DNA of 64,000 nucleotides, from positions 310,001 through 374,000 of the forward strand of contig NW_027191454.1 of assembly GCF_011745625.1 (NCBI RefSeq), written 5' to 3'. Numbering within the stretch: the stretch's first letter is position 1; each line of letters opens with the position of its first letter. Both the position numbers and the translations under genes were made by a program. The notes under the pieces are model-generated. The model was not told where the DNA came from. It was given only the letters and a program-made list of their open reading frames with translations, and searched no databases. Shown piece after piece: positions 22,343-33,480 of this stretch. This DNA comes from Cladosporium halotolerans (taxonomy: Eukaryota).

Positions 22343-23326
22343 TCACCTTCTGGTGGGACGCTGACCCATCTGCTTGCGACCAATGTGACCCGCAGGGAGC
22401 GGTGCTCTCGCCTCAGCCATGATGGGTTGCTCGACCTTCGTCAGCTCAATCTGCCTTGCCCGCTCAATCGCTTCCACGCCAGAAACGATCGTCTTCTTCT
22501 GGGCTTGCTGGGCCTCCCCAGCCTGCGCCTCTCCTTCCGTCTTACCCTCCGCGCTCTCCGCCGCAGCACCCTCAGCCGGTGCCTCCAGCGCCTCAAGTTC
22601 CTTCAGCTCCTCCAGCTCCTTAGCCCTAGTAGCCTCCAGCTGCGCCCGCCTCTCCTCCGTAACCCTCCACTCAACCGGGAACCCAGTATCCGGGTTCGCA
22701 AGCCTCGCGCGCAGCAGCGCCTTCTGCTTGCGCTGCATGCGCTTGTTCTCCACATGGCGCAGATCCAGCGGGACGTCCTCGAACTTGTCGGCCTTGGGGT
22801 CCCTCGCCTCCTTGAGCAGCTTCGCGATCGTGTCGCCGAGGAAGCGCTTGTTCTGGGCCTGGTGCTCGAAGCTCTCGCAGCTCATGCGGACGATCTCCTT
22901 GTGCGGGTTCCAGCGGGCGCCGGCGAGCTTGACGAGCTTGAGGCGCTGCGCGTCGGTCAGGTCCGGCAGGTCGGCGGGCGCGAACTCGACGACGACCTTT
23001 TTGGACGCCGGGTGCTGCTCGCCCATGTAGGTCGTGTAGCGCCAGCGGAGGGGCTGGCTCTGCGCGGGCGGCGTGAAGGGTTTCGACAGCGAGCCGAGCA
23101 GCGGCATTTCCCACGCGGCTTTGCGGGCCAGAGAGCGGATTTCTCGGTGCGTTTCGATGTCGGCGTGGGCTTGCGAGGGGATGTCGGAGAGGTCAATGGG
23201 AGGGAGGACTTCGGGGTCGGGGGAGATTTGTGAGGCGGGTGTGGGCGTTGAAGAGGTGAAAGATCGAGTCCATTGTTGGAGTGGCCTCGGAGCCTTGCGG
23301 CAGGCCTGTCGAAGTGATGTTGCCAT
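22343..23326 (-). CDS. RSM24: Mitochondrial small-subunit ribosomal protein mS35
   Basis: PLRWRYTTYMGEQHPASKKVVVEF, KLVKLAGARWNP, MSCESF, DKFEDVPLDLRH; presequence MATSLRQACRK..RSF. Confidence 0.9.
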   Translation of the reverse strand: MATSLRQACRKAPRPLQQWTRSFTSSTPTPASQISPDPEVLPPIDLSDIPSQAHADIETHREIRSLARKAAWEMPLLGSLSKPFTPPAQSQPLRWRYTTYMGEQHPASKKVVVEFAPADLPDLTDAQRLKLVKLAGARWNPHKEIVRMSCESFEHQAQNKRFLGDTIAKLLKEARDPKADKFEDVPLDLRHVENKRMQRKQKALLRARLANPDTGFPVEWRVTEERRAQLEATRAKELEELKELEALEAPAEGAAAESAEGKTEGEAQAGEAQQAQKKTIVSGVEAIERARQIELTKVEQPIMAEARAPLPAGHIGRKQMGQRPTRR

Positions 23327-23664
23327 GGCTGTGGTGGGTGTGGAGCGCGGGCAATATTGCTGGCATTGCTGGTGAAGCGATGTCCAAAAGTCGGGATAGT
23401 GGCCCGTGCTCACCTCCGACAGCGACGGCCTTTCTCGCTGCATGTGAGACTGAGGGCTGCCGGAATGGGGATAGCGCGGACCGAGCTTGGTGACAGCATC
23501 AACGAGACCTACGCCTCCCCACCATTGCCGGAGCTGCATAGAGGCACAACGCTATAGCTGCCGGTTTCGTCTCTACCAGCGCGAATGTAGATCATATACT
23601 CCTCCGTCTCCTTCGCTGGCGGCGTTTGCTCATCAGTCACACTCACTCCAACTTAAGCACAGCC

Positions 23665-24295
23665 ATGTCGTCGTCCAAGCTCTGCTTCCTCACCGTCGGC
23701 GCGACAGCGTCTTTCTCCGAATTGATCGAAGCGGCCGTCTCTCCGGCCTTTCTCACCGCACTTGAGTCGCAAGGGTACACTGAGTTGAGCGTACAGTACG
23801 GTCAAGATGGCCAGCAATTGTTCGAGAAATGCAAGACGGTAGCACAAGGGACCTCCAAATTGAAGGTTACTGGGTTCGATCTGGACAAGCTTGGCCTAGG
23901 GAAACACATGCGCCGGGCCAAGGGCGGCAAGGACGCTGACGAAGGTGTTGTGATTTCGCATGCTGGTATGCTAACGTCCCTTCTCGTGGCACATTGGCCC
24001 TTTGTCCGCTGACACGATGGATGTAGGCTCCGGCTCAATCCTCGATGCTCTCCGCACCGGCGTCCCTCTCATCGTTGTTCCCAACGAAACCCTGCTCGAC
24101 AACCACCAAGTCGAACTCGCTGAGGCCCTCGCTGAACAAGAGTACGTTGTGCACGGTCGATTGCCGCAACTTCCCAAAGCACTTGCGGACGCCGAGAAGC
24201 TGCGACAGCGAGCGAAGGAATGGCCTCCAGTGAACAGCGGACCTGAAAGAGGACTGAAGGGCATTCTCGACGATGAAATGGGTTTCTTGGATTGA
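23665..24295 (+). CDS. ALG13: UDP-GlcNAc transferase catalytic subunit (exons 23665-23965, 24027-24295)
   Basis: [49 protein letters not shown]. Confidence 0.93.
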
Positions 24296-24644
24296 AGCTG
24301 AAGGAGTTGGAGATACTCTGAATTGACTTGGTCGATCAATCAGCGGAATGTTGGCTGGAACTTGGTTGTCAAGCGCAGGCGCTGGAGGGCTTTGGGTACA
24401 AGGATCGAATTTCGGACTGCTTAAGACGAGACGAACGAGATGCACATCATTTGTGGAGGAATTTTCTGCCACGAGACAAGGATAGATCGGATGATCGTCA
24501 GAATGTCAACTTAAGACGAGAAATGACAACGCCAGATCAAAACAGTCGCAACACCAAGAACCACGAAAGAGATACATGAAACAGTGAAACTAACCAATAG
24601 GTCGAAACAAAAACACCACCCTTTCAAATTGAATCTAAATTGGC

Positions 24645-25169
24645 TCACACACAGCGCAGTCGCCCTGCAACCGCACCCCCACAGACTCCTCTCGACTCTC
24701 GCTCCAAGCCTCGAGCAAAAGCCCTGAACTGCGAATTGAACTCCCTCGCAACACCACGACTCACAGCATCCCGCCTCAGCCGACCACTGGAGCCATCATC
24801 CATATCGCCCAGAAAGCCTAGATCAGGCACAGCATCGTCTTGGTAGTCCTCCAGGCTCTCCAAGCTTGCAATACTCTGCCCCATCTCGCTATCATTGCTA
24901 TACTCCGACCCATCCTCGTCCGCCGTCGCACTAGCCACAGCAGTCCTCACCGCGCCCAGCATCGAACCAACGCTCATGCCGCCGCGGCCGTGAGGCCCGC
25001 AGCGCGGGCACGCCGCCGAGACGTTCTGCGAGCCGTAGTCGGTGCTGTGCGCGCAGGGCCTGGCCTTGCCCGAGAAGGAGCTGACTGTGGCGCGCGGGCA
25101 GGGCGCGCCGTGGAAGCGGTGCTTGCCGGCGTGCCCGCAGCTGTGCAGGGGAGTGGTGGTGTAGCACAT
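24645..25169 (-). CDS. Small hypothetical protein with N-terminal MC..CGH..C..C..CxxC motif
   Basis: ATG at 25169; MCYTTTPLHSCGH...C...C...CPRC followed by an acidic tail; GC3-rich coding-like composition. Confidence 0.6.
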   Translation of the reverse strand: MCYTTTPLHSCGHAGKHRFHGAPCPRATVSSFSGKARPCAHSTDYGSQNVSAACPRCGPHGRGGMSVGSMLGAVRTAVASATADEDGSEYSNDSEMGQSIASLESLEDYQDDAVPDLGFLGDMDDGSSGRLRRDAVSRGVAREFNSQFRAFARGLERESRGVCGGAVAGRLRCV

Positions 25170-25721
25170 TCCTCCTCTTGAGAGAGACACGGGGGTTGGG
25201 CGTGAGAGGGTGCACTTTGGGGGAGCCTGTCCCGCCGCGTCTACAGCACGTCTGCCTGCCCGTGTCTCTGCGATGGGGTCACTGGTGATGGACGCCGTGG
25301 TGCCGATACGGTTGATCAATGGCTGGGGGAGACAAAACAAGTCCGAGAAAGCAGAAATCACAGCGACAGCTAGAGGGTTTGATCAGAGTGTGGGATGGGA
25401 GAGAGGAAGGAGAACTCGGATCGGTGCCAATGGCGCCGCTGCGGCGGTAATATTCTGATTCCCAGCGATCTGATTGTGAGAATCGAAGCTATGGGTTTGT
25501 GAAACCGGAGGTTCGAAACAATTGGCATTGTCTAGACGTCGTCTTTGTCCATCTGGCGTCGCGGGTTTTTGTTCTCTCTCGCGTTTTGCGGGGATGAACA
25601 AAGGGAAGTGAGGTCAGATGGCCTGCACGGGGCGGATGTGGTAGTACTGCGACACTGGCAGCCCAGCCAGCCTGCGAACGCAGCATCAAGCGGCGGTATG
25701 CCCAAAACGAGCATCAATCAA

Positions 25722-27704
25722 TCACTTCGCCTCCTCCCCCCTCACCCACTCGACCCAAACGCCCACAGACCCACAAACCTCCAGCGCCCTCGCCCACCTC
25801 CTCGCCTTCTTCCCCTCAACCGCCACATCCCCATCAACCCCCGCAACCCTCCCCCCAACCCCCACCTCGCCGTTCAACCCGACAGAAACCCCAACCGCAA
25901 CCTCCCTCTCCCCATCGCGCGTCGCAAACGCCAAACTCAGCGTCGGCTCCGGCGACGTCGCGAGCGCGACATCGACAGCCAGCGCGTCCGGCGCGCCTCC
26001 CCTAGCCCCATCCGCATCGCCCCCGTTGCCATTGACGGCAGGCCCGGAAGCGCCGAAAACATCCCTCAACAACCCCCCAAAAACAGCCCACTGCCTCAGC
26101 AGCGGCAGGCTCTCGACGAGCTGCCGCGGGTGCGCGAACGGCAGCTCCTGCAGCCCGAAGCCGAAATCCGGCCTCGCGACGTGCAGCCTGTACGCGTGCG
26201 CCGCCTCCCCGTCGGGCGTGAGGACGCTCTTCGCGCGCTCGAGGTCGGCGCTCGGGATCAGGAGGTTGTGGAGCAAGGGCGGGGTCTGGAAGGCTTGCGG
26301 CGGGGAGGCGGAGAGGGAGGTCAGGATGCTGCAGGCTGTTTGCCAGGGGAGGGGGATGGGGGGGTCGAGGCGGGCGAGGAAGCGGAGGGAGGGGAGGAGG
26401 GGTTGTTGTTGGGCTTGTTGTTGTTGTTGGGATTGTTGGGAGTCGTCTGCGTTGGTGCTGGAGGTGGAGAGGAAGGTGGGCGGCGGGTCTTGCCAGGGGA
26501 TTGGGGACTGCGGTGAGAGAGTGAGGGGCGAGGGGAGCCAGGTGGAGGAGATGCGGATGGGCGGGTACATTTCCGGCGGGCAGCGGTCGAGGTCGAGGTC
26601 GAGGGTGTGGAGGCCGCGGGGTGTGGTTGTTGTTGTCGTTGTTGTTGTTTGCGCATGCTGATGAGGGCTGGAGTCGATTTCCATTGCCGCGTCGTCGGTC
26701 GATTTCTTCAGCGCCGCGCCGCGCTCGTCCTGCCAGTAGTCGAGCGAGATCCCGAGCCCGCCTCGCTCGTGCGCGACAGGCCTCCCGCTCTTCTTGCACA
26801 GCACCCTCCACTCCGCCTTCTCTCCAGCGCCCACCCCACCCTCCTCCACCCCCTTCACCTCTTCCACCCACAACCTCCTCAACGCCCCAAACACGCCCCC
26901 CAGCGCCTCAAACCCACTCACCCTCCCCCCACCAACCCTATCCACCCTCGCAATCCACTCCAACCCCCGCGCAAACCCCTCCAACCCCCCACCCCCCCTC
27001 AGCGCCTCAAGCAACACCTCGCCCGCCCTCTCCGCAACGCCCTGCACCCCCTCCCCCTCGCCCGAAACCAAAACCTGCACGCCCCGCGCCCTCCCCGCCC
27101 TCAACTCAACATCAACCACGACCGCCTCCCCCGCAATCGACACAGTCCTGTTGCCCACTTTCCGCTCCCTCTCCTCAGCCGTCAAAACCTCCGCATCGAT
27201 ATCGTTCGCGAACCCGACCCGCCGCCCCGCCCGCGCGATCCCCTCCTCGCTCACCCGCCCCCTCGGCACCCCAATGCGCTTCAGGACCCGCCGCATGCGC
27301 GCCCGCCGCTCCTCGTCTTCGTTGCGCTTCGCGCCGCCGCTCGCCGTCAGGCTGAGCCCGAGGCCCAGCTCGCTCATGCTGGGCACCATTGCGAGGGCGC
27401 CGGGCGTGAGCTCGATGCCGGTCGCGGGGCTGGGCGCCAGGAAGCCCGAGGCGCTGAGCGAGGGGAGCATTTGCGCGGGGGTGCTGGCGCTGGCGGTTTT
27501 GGTGCTGCTGGCTGTGGGGTGGTTGGTGGGGGTTTTGGCCGCGGCGGCGGTGCGGGTGGTTGTCGGGGAGGGGTGGCTGCGCGGTTGCTGGGGGGCGTGG
27601 TGGGCGGGCGAGGTGGTTTGCGTGAGGGGCGTGGAGGCGGCGTGGGTGGGGCGTTTGGAGGCGGAGGGGGGGTTGGGGGGTTGGGTTGGGGTCGGGGTTG
27701 CCAT
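25722..27704 (-). CDS. MED1: Mediator complex subunit 1 (fungal type), intronless
   Basis: 660-aa ORF; MATP start, KRNEDEERRARM, GRVSEEGIAR, VSIAGEAVVVDV, GLGISLDYW, YPPIRIS..W, FLARLDPP, LPFAHPRQL..LRQW resemble Pezizomycotina Med1 as I recall it. Confidence 0.75.
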   Translation of the reverse strand: MATPTPTQPPNPPSASKRPTHAASTPLTQTTSPAHHAPQQPRSHPSPTTTRTAAAAKTPTNHPTASSTKTASASTPAQMLPSLSASGFLAPSPATGIELTPGALAMVPSMSELGLGLSLTASGGAKRNEDEERRARMRRVLKRIGVPRGRVSEEGIARAGRRVGFANDIDAEVLTAEERERKVGNRTVSIAGEAVVVDVELRAGRARGVQVLVSGEGEGVQGVAERAGEVLLEALRGGGGLEGFARGLEWIARVDRVGGGRVSGFEALGGVFGALRRLWVEEVKGVEEGGVGAGEKAEWRVLCKKSGRPVAHERGGLGISLDYWQDERGAALKKSTDDAAMEIDSSPHQHAQTTTTTTTTTPRGLHTLDLDLDRCPPEMYPPIRISSTWLPSPLTLSPQSPIPWQDPPPTFLSTSSTNADDSQQSQQQQQAQQQPLLPSLRFLARLDPPIPLPWQTACSILTSLSASPPQAFQTPPLLHNLLIPSADLERAKSVLTPDGEAAHAYRLHVARPDFGFGLQELPFAHPRQLVESLPLLRQWAVFGGLLRDVFGASGPAVNGNGGDADGARGGAPDALAVDVALATSPEPTLSLAFATRDGEREVAVGVSVGLNGEVGVGGRVAGVDGDVAVEGKKARRWARALEVCGSVGVWVEWVRGEEAK

Positions 27705-28928
27705 TTGTCGTTTGTTTGTTTGTTGTTGTTCGTTTTGTGAGAAAGGAGTGATCGGTTTGCGCGCAGGCTCGGGAATGTGGTCGTGAGGGTTTATTGTTGC
27801 TGTTGTAGTTCAGGTGATTGCAGAGTGAGCTCCGGCGATGATGCTATGTTCGGACGGGAGTGCGCCAATGCTCTAGAAAAAGTGAGACCGCCTAACACCA
27901 CGCGCTACAAAAAGCGGAAGTGAAGCAAAGTAGAGGTACCTGTGGTGGGCTCGTAGATGTGAAGAAGCGCAAGGTAGGTAAGGTGGAAAGTCGCAATCTC
28001 TCGGTCCGCACGTGAAGCTGCGCGCAGCTCGGTGGTCAAACAGCCGAGCGCGTTGCGTCCCGCAGGATCAAGCTCGGAGTCAGGTGACCATCAGCCCTAC
28101 GAGTCAACCCGCCCTACCGGGCCCTATCGGAAAACATCCGATTGAGCATTATCGCAATCCAGCGATCGTTGGTAGCGATTGATGGCTTTGCGATACGCGT
28201 TTCGGTAGCGATATGCAGGTGGCTGCGACGCAGCGGCGATCATGAAGGACACGATTAGAGGAATTGAGCCACTAGGTAGCTTCTCGAGCGAGATGGCCGG
28301 CGCTGGGAGTGCGTTCGCGTGGAATTCAGGGAAGAACGAAAATCTGATGCTATGTGGGATGACTCGGATCACCGTCAGCATGTAGAGGTACTTGAAAGGC
28401 CCACGGAACTTGCACTTGAGGAGATCAGAACGATGACCAGCACTGTTGGTCATGTGCTCCGCTCATAACTTCCAACTACGACAAGAGCAAACAAAACGGC
28501 ACGAGGCCAAATACACATCGAATGTCGCGCGTCGGCATGCATTCCAACTATCTGTGGCTCCGGCGTGATGATCGCCAAAGCTCAATTATCAGGACCCATC
28601 GAGGTGGGGAGGGAGCTAGCAGCCCTCTAGAAGCTATCAAGAAAAAAGAAGAAAACACCGATCCCCAATGCCGCAAACTGAACTGGGCAGAATTCTTGTG
28701 AACGTTGCAAAACAAAAGCCAAAACAGAAAAGGGAAGTCGCGACACGTCTTTGTGGTGTCGCGCAAAGGTATCGTCTCGCGTCTCAGCATGTGGACGCTG
28801 TTGGGCGCGTCGCACGTTACGGGGGGGGTGGGTTTCCGTCTTTCGGTGTGGTGGGTGTATACATCTTGTGGTGTTGTGTTGTGTTGGTTGTGGTTGGTGG
28901 AAAGAGGAAGGTTGTCGTAATGGTTGAT

Positions 28929-30609
28929 CTAGTGCTTGGTCTCGGCGGGGATGTCGTCGGCGGCTTCGCTGGCCTCGGAGGCCTTGGCGACCATGTCGGC
29001 ACCCTCGACCTTGCCGCAGAGCTGGATATGGTGTTAGTGATTTGTTTCGCATTGCGGGTTGTCGAACTTTCAAGCTTACAGTCTCGACGATCATGCCAGT
29101 GATCTGGTAAGGGTCGGCGTTCGAGGCCGGCCTGCGGTCCTCGAAGTAGCCCTTGCCCTCCTCGGCGACGGCGCGGTTGACACGGACGGAGGCACCGCGG
29201 TTGGCGATACCCCAGGAGAACTTGTCATATGACGCAGTCTCGTGGCGGCCGGTCATACGAGCCTCGTTGCCCTCGCCGTAGACCTTCATGTGCTCGGCGT
29301 GGCGCTTGCTCATCTTCTCCATAGCCTCCTCAATGGCCTTCATGCCACCCTCCTCGCGCATCGCCTTGGTAGAGACGTTGCTGTGAAGACCGGCACCGTT
29401 CCAGTCACCGGGGACCGGCTTGGGGTGGAAAGTCACGCGAGCACCGAACTCTTCGGCGACACGGTGAAGGAGGAAACGGGACATCCAGAGCTGGTCACCG
29501 ACTGGGAAGTATTAGTAAATGTAAACATTTCTGCAGAGAGATTATGGTGACTCACGCTCAATGCCAGAGCAAGGGCCGACCTGGTACTCCCACTGAGCGG
29601 GCATGACCTCGGCGTTGGTGCCAGAGATGTTGATACCGGCGTAAAGGCAGGCCTTGTAGTGAGCCTCGACAATATCGCGGCAGAACACCTTGCCAGTACC
29701 GTTACCGCAGTAGTAGGGACCCTGGGGGGCGGGGAAACCGTTCCTGGGCCAGCCATAGGGCCAGCCGTAGGCGTCAAGAAGGGTGTACTCTTGCTCAAGA
29801 CCGAACCAGAACTCTTCGGCCTTGTGGGCCTCCATCAAGACGGCGGCATCGTGGCGGAAGTTGAAGGTGTTGGGCTTTCCGTCGGACATCCAGGTCTCGG
29901 CGATGACCAGGATGTTGTCGCCGCGACGCCAGGGATCGGGGTAGTAGGCGACGGGGCGGAGGTAGACATCGGAGTTGTCGCCAGGGGCCTGGTTGGTCGA
30001 CGAGCCGTCAAAGTTCCATTCGGGCAGGTCTGCGAGCGATTCGACCTTCTTGGGAAGGGTCTGCAAGTCTCAGAATTAGCTAATGCCCAGGCGGAGATCT
30101 TTCGAGAAATGCGTCATTGGCAGCGCGCTCGGCAGATGGCTCGATCCGGGCAGACTGCGCTGACCCGGTATGAAGTCAAAGGAGGGTCCCGAAAAGCGCC
30201 GAAGCCGGCGTCGAGAATCGCAAGCCACAGCCGAGTACCATTGTGCAAGCGCGCGAGAATCCGGGGCGGCGAAATGACGCGCGTGTCCACCGTTGCGTTG
30301 CGTTGCATGCGCATGTTGCAGATTGTTGTAGGGACGGATGGATAATGCTCACCTTGGATTTTGAGCGAGTACCGCCGTCGGCATCGACCCAGACGTATTC
30401 GGCGATGACCTTGCCGTGCTGGGGCAGATCCAGGTATTTCTGGAGCTGGGGAGTTGTCAGCGCGAGTGTCGAGGATGGCTGTGGATGCGCAACTGTTTTG
30501 CTTACGTTGGTGGTGTTGGAGACGTAGACGCTGTCGGTCGCCTGAGCAGGAGGGTCAGTCATCGGTTGCGGAAAGGTGTTTGGCAGAATGCTGTCTGGCG
30601 ACTCACCAT
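28929..30609 (-). CDS. GLN1: Glutamine synthetase type II (exons 30609-30607, 30541-30506, 30445-30353, 30060-29556, 29501-29080, 29021-28929)
   Basis: [69 protein letters not shown]; the first exon is ATG only. Confidence 0.96.
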
Positions 30610-31962
30610 TGTGTATGAAGCCGCGGGGTAGGGTTGGGGAGATGCGGTTGCGGTTGACGGAGCAGATGGTGCGGGTGCAAACGACTGGGCTGACAATTGC
30701 CAGAGAGCGGAGAGGGGGAGGGTGGTGGAGTGTGGACAAGGCGTGATGGAGGGACGGCGGCGGTTTGTATATAATAAAGCAGGCAATGCGGGAGGGCGCG
30801 AGGGCGCGAACTCAGGCGGCAGTATGTCGCCGACGCTCGGGGCAGGGCCGGCTGCAGGCAGACCCTCTCGACCCTCCGGTCGCCAGTGTGGCGTAGCCCC
30901 AGCGCCTTGGCCGCTGAGGCCGCGAGGGCGCCGGCAAGCTTGTGCCTTGGGAAGTTGGGGGGCCTGCGCCGTGCGTGCCTATTTCCGTGTACAGGCGAGG
31001 CGCGCCCTGCCCCAGCCGGTACGCAACAGTGATGAGCCCGGGGGTGTCTATTCGTCTATTCGCCCGGGGCAGCGAGCCAGGCCTGCCTTGACACACCGTT
31101 TGCAATCGACACTCGCGGGCTCGCGGGACTGCTATCTTGGGCGAGGCAAATAATCCCACCCGCGAGACAGCCCACGATGTCCCACCACTCCCGCTACCGA
31201 GCCCAGCAGCAGTGCCACCCGCCGCCACCCCGGCCCAATCAGCAAACCCTCGACCGACCACTCCCACCGCGGCGATCCCCCGTCTCACGCGATCCCAGCC
31301 TTCCAATCGCACCGCCGCGATTACTGTCGCGATCAGCCTCAGGAACCTGCATGCCATGCCGTGCCAGGTCTCCAGAGCAACCCGCGCCCGCCGTGACGAT
31401 GCAGGCCCCACGAGCCTCAGACAAAGGGCAGTCGGGCAGTCGGGCGGCCGGCAGCCACATGGCTTATCTGGGCACACGACACTGCCAGACTGCTTTGTTT
31501 TTTGGCCCAGGCCGACAGACGGCAGCATCACCAACAGTCACGATTGCTCCATGGCCGCACCCGTGGCACCACAAATCCGCGAGGGCCAAGGCGCGCAACC
31601 CGCACGCCCGCTGGCAACTCGCTGGAGTTTTTGCGGGATCTGAGACGATCCAGGAACCATTGACACATATTACGTGCGCGCCCTCGTCACCGCGAAACCT
31701 TGCCGCCGAAAGTCGCTCAGCACTCAGCATCCATCAGCCCGCCGCCCCAGCCCAGCGACGCCTGATGAGTCCCAACTCGCGCATTATTAAATCCCTCCGC
31801 GCACCGCGCGTGCGCTTAGCAACTGACACATATTTGCGCGAAAATAGCCTGAAAACAGCGCGCGCCGCGACGCTGGCCTGCAGCCCTTCATCTCGCGTCG
31901 TATCGAGACTCGCGCCCTCGCTCGCCGTCCTGCCGAGCGCTTCGGCGGGTCTATACCAACGG

Positions 31963-32107
31963 CTATCTTCACGCCCTACACCGCCCGCCCCGATCTGCTC
32001 GTCTTATCCCACCCGAGGCCCCGGCCGTGCGCGCCAGAGATAAGGACGTTATAGGGCGGGCCAATCACCGCCGCGCCCCGCTATCAATTTGACATCAAAC
32101 TGATAGC
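31963..32107. promoter_or_regulatory. GATA-site cluster with CCAAT box about 1.4 kb upstream of glutamine synthetase
   Basis: CTATCT 31963, CTTATC 32003, AGATAA 32038, CCAAT 32061, CTATCA 32081, TGATAG 32101. Confidence 0.55.
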
Positions 32108-33480
32108 CGGCCGAGCGCTGTGGCGGTGCGGGCGGGCGGTCACCGGCCGCTCTGAAGCCTGTCTGTCTCGCTCGCCGGCTGTCGGGACGGACGGGAAACG
32201 AGGGGTAGGCGATGCGAGTGGCCGGCGTGGGGAACACATTGGCCTCTTCTGGAACGTCTGGACGTGCATGTCGATGCGCTGGAGAGCCAGTGGACTTGAC
32301 TGTCTTGGCTGTGCCTGAGTGTGTTGTTTTCGCTGCTGGACACAATCTTTTCGAGAACCTCCCTACACACGCGGCAGGGTCCGCCGAGACGTTGCGAAAA
32401 GACTGGGTCGACTTGTCACCATCCGCACCTAACAGTGATCTGGCCACCACCTCGCCCCATTCTGAGCCGAGCCTAAGCGGGATTGGTCCGCGAGACACGT
32501 CGTTCGGGCACGACAGTCACGTTGGCATGAATCACAGCAGCCGACTGTCGGGCGACGAGAGCTATTCTGGGCTTCGGAGTATTTCGCATGCCCGCTTTGG
32601 AAATAATGTTGCTCGCCTCCAGTGATTATTGCACCAGCCATCGTCAATGTAAAAACACCTGAGTCGAACCACATCCGCTATAGCGATCGGAAGTCAAGGA
32701 CTCGCAAATACGAAAGGCAGATATCTATATTTATATCTCTTCATCCCTAGCCATCACCGCCAGTACCGAGCGACCCGAAAACGTCCGTCAGATCACTCCA
32801 GGCGGGTCCGACCGTCGTTCCTTCCTCACCTCCCTTCCCTTCCCTTCCCTCCCGCTCCCTATAGACAGACCTATCTCACCCGTTGCGCCGCAAGTCTAGC
32901 ACGATGCTTATACTTCGCCCATCTGCAGGGGCAGTAGGTGTGGATCCAACACTAGCTACTACTGCCATACCCGTAGCCTGGGCGCGATCAGCGGCTCGAC
33001 CATGTGCTCTCGGGTGGGATCTCCGAGTCTCCCAAGGGCGGGACCTCACTTCTGATGTAATGCACCTTCTTCTTATTCAACATCACTCGCTTTTCCGGCA
33101 TTGGGATAATCGTCCATACATCTGCAAGCAGCGCCGGCACCTCGTTTTCGAGTCCGATACTGATGAGGAATCAAACCCAGAAATAATATTAAGCGATTGC
33201 CAGACCATCCGCCCGTCTGTCTGCCACTCACCAAGAGGCACGCAGACACCTGTTCTACACAAATCACCAGCAAGCCATCATCCGCATTGTCCTCTTATCC
33301 GACAACCGCACGTGCTTTTCCGATGATCGTCGCCGCGACCCGCACACATCCTCTATCAATACCCATCCAGCCCTCTATCTTACACCCTACTTTCTCTTCA
33401 CCAGAACCAGGCTCTCCAGCCTGCAACATCACCGGTCTCTTCTCAGCCCTGCGACAAGCTCACCCCCTCCTTCGCCACGC

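Noticed and set aside
28124..28453. 109-aa ORF between MED1 and glutamine synthetase
   Set aside because: No motifs or codon bias; it lies in the GS terminator / MED1 promoter zone.
29551..29560. Apparent GC-AG intron donor in glutamine synthetase
   Set aside because: The canonical GTGAGT donor two bases further on gives the correct frame (GIE-L-GDQLW).
8251..30609. Nitrogen-metabolism gene cluster (DUR3 and GLN1)
   Set aside because: The two genes are about 18 kb apart and separated by unrelated housekeeping genes.
30812..32043. ORFs of 240-288 aa in the region upstream of glutamine synthetase
   Set aside because: Arg/Pro/Ala-rich translations of GC-rich promoter DNA with no domain or splice support.
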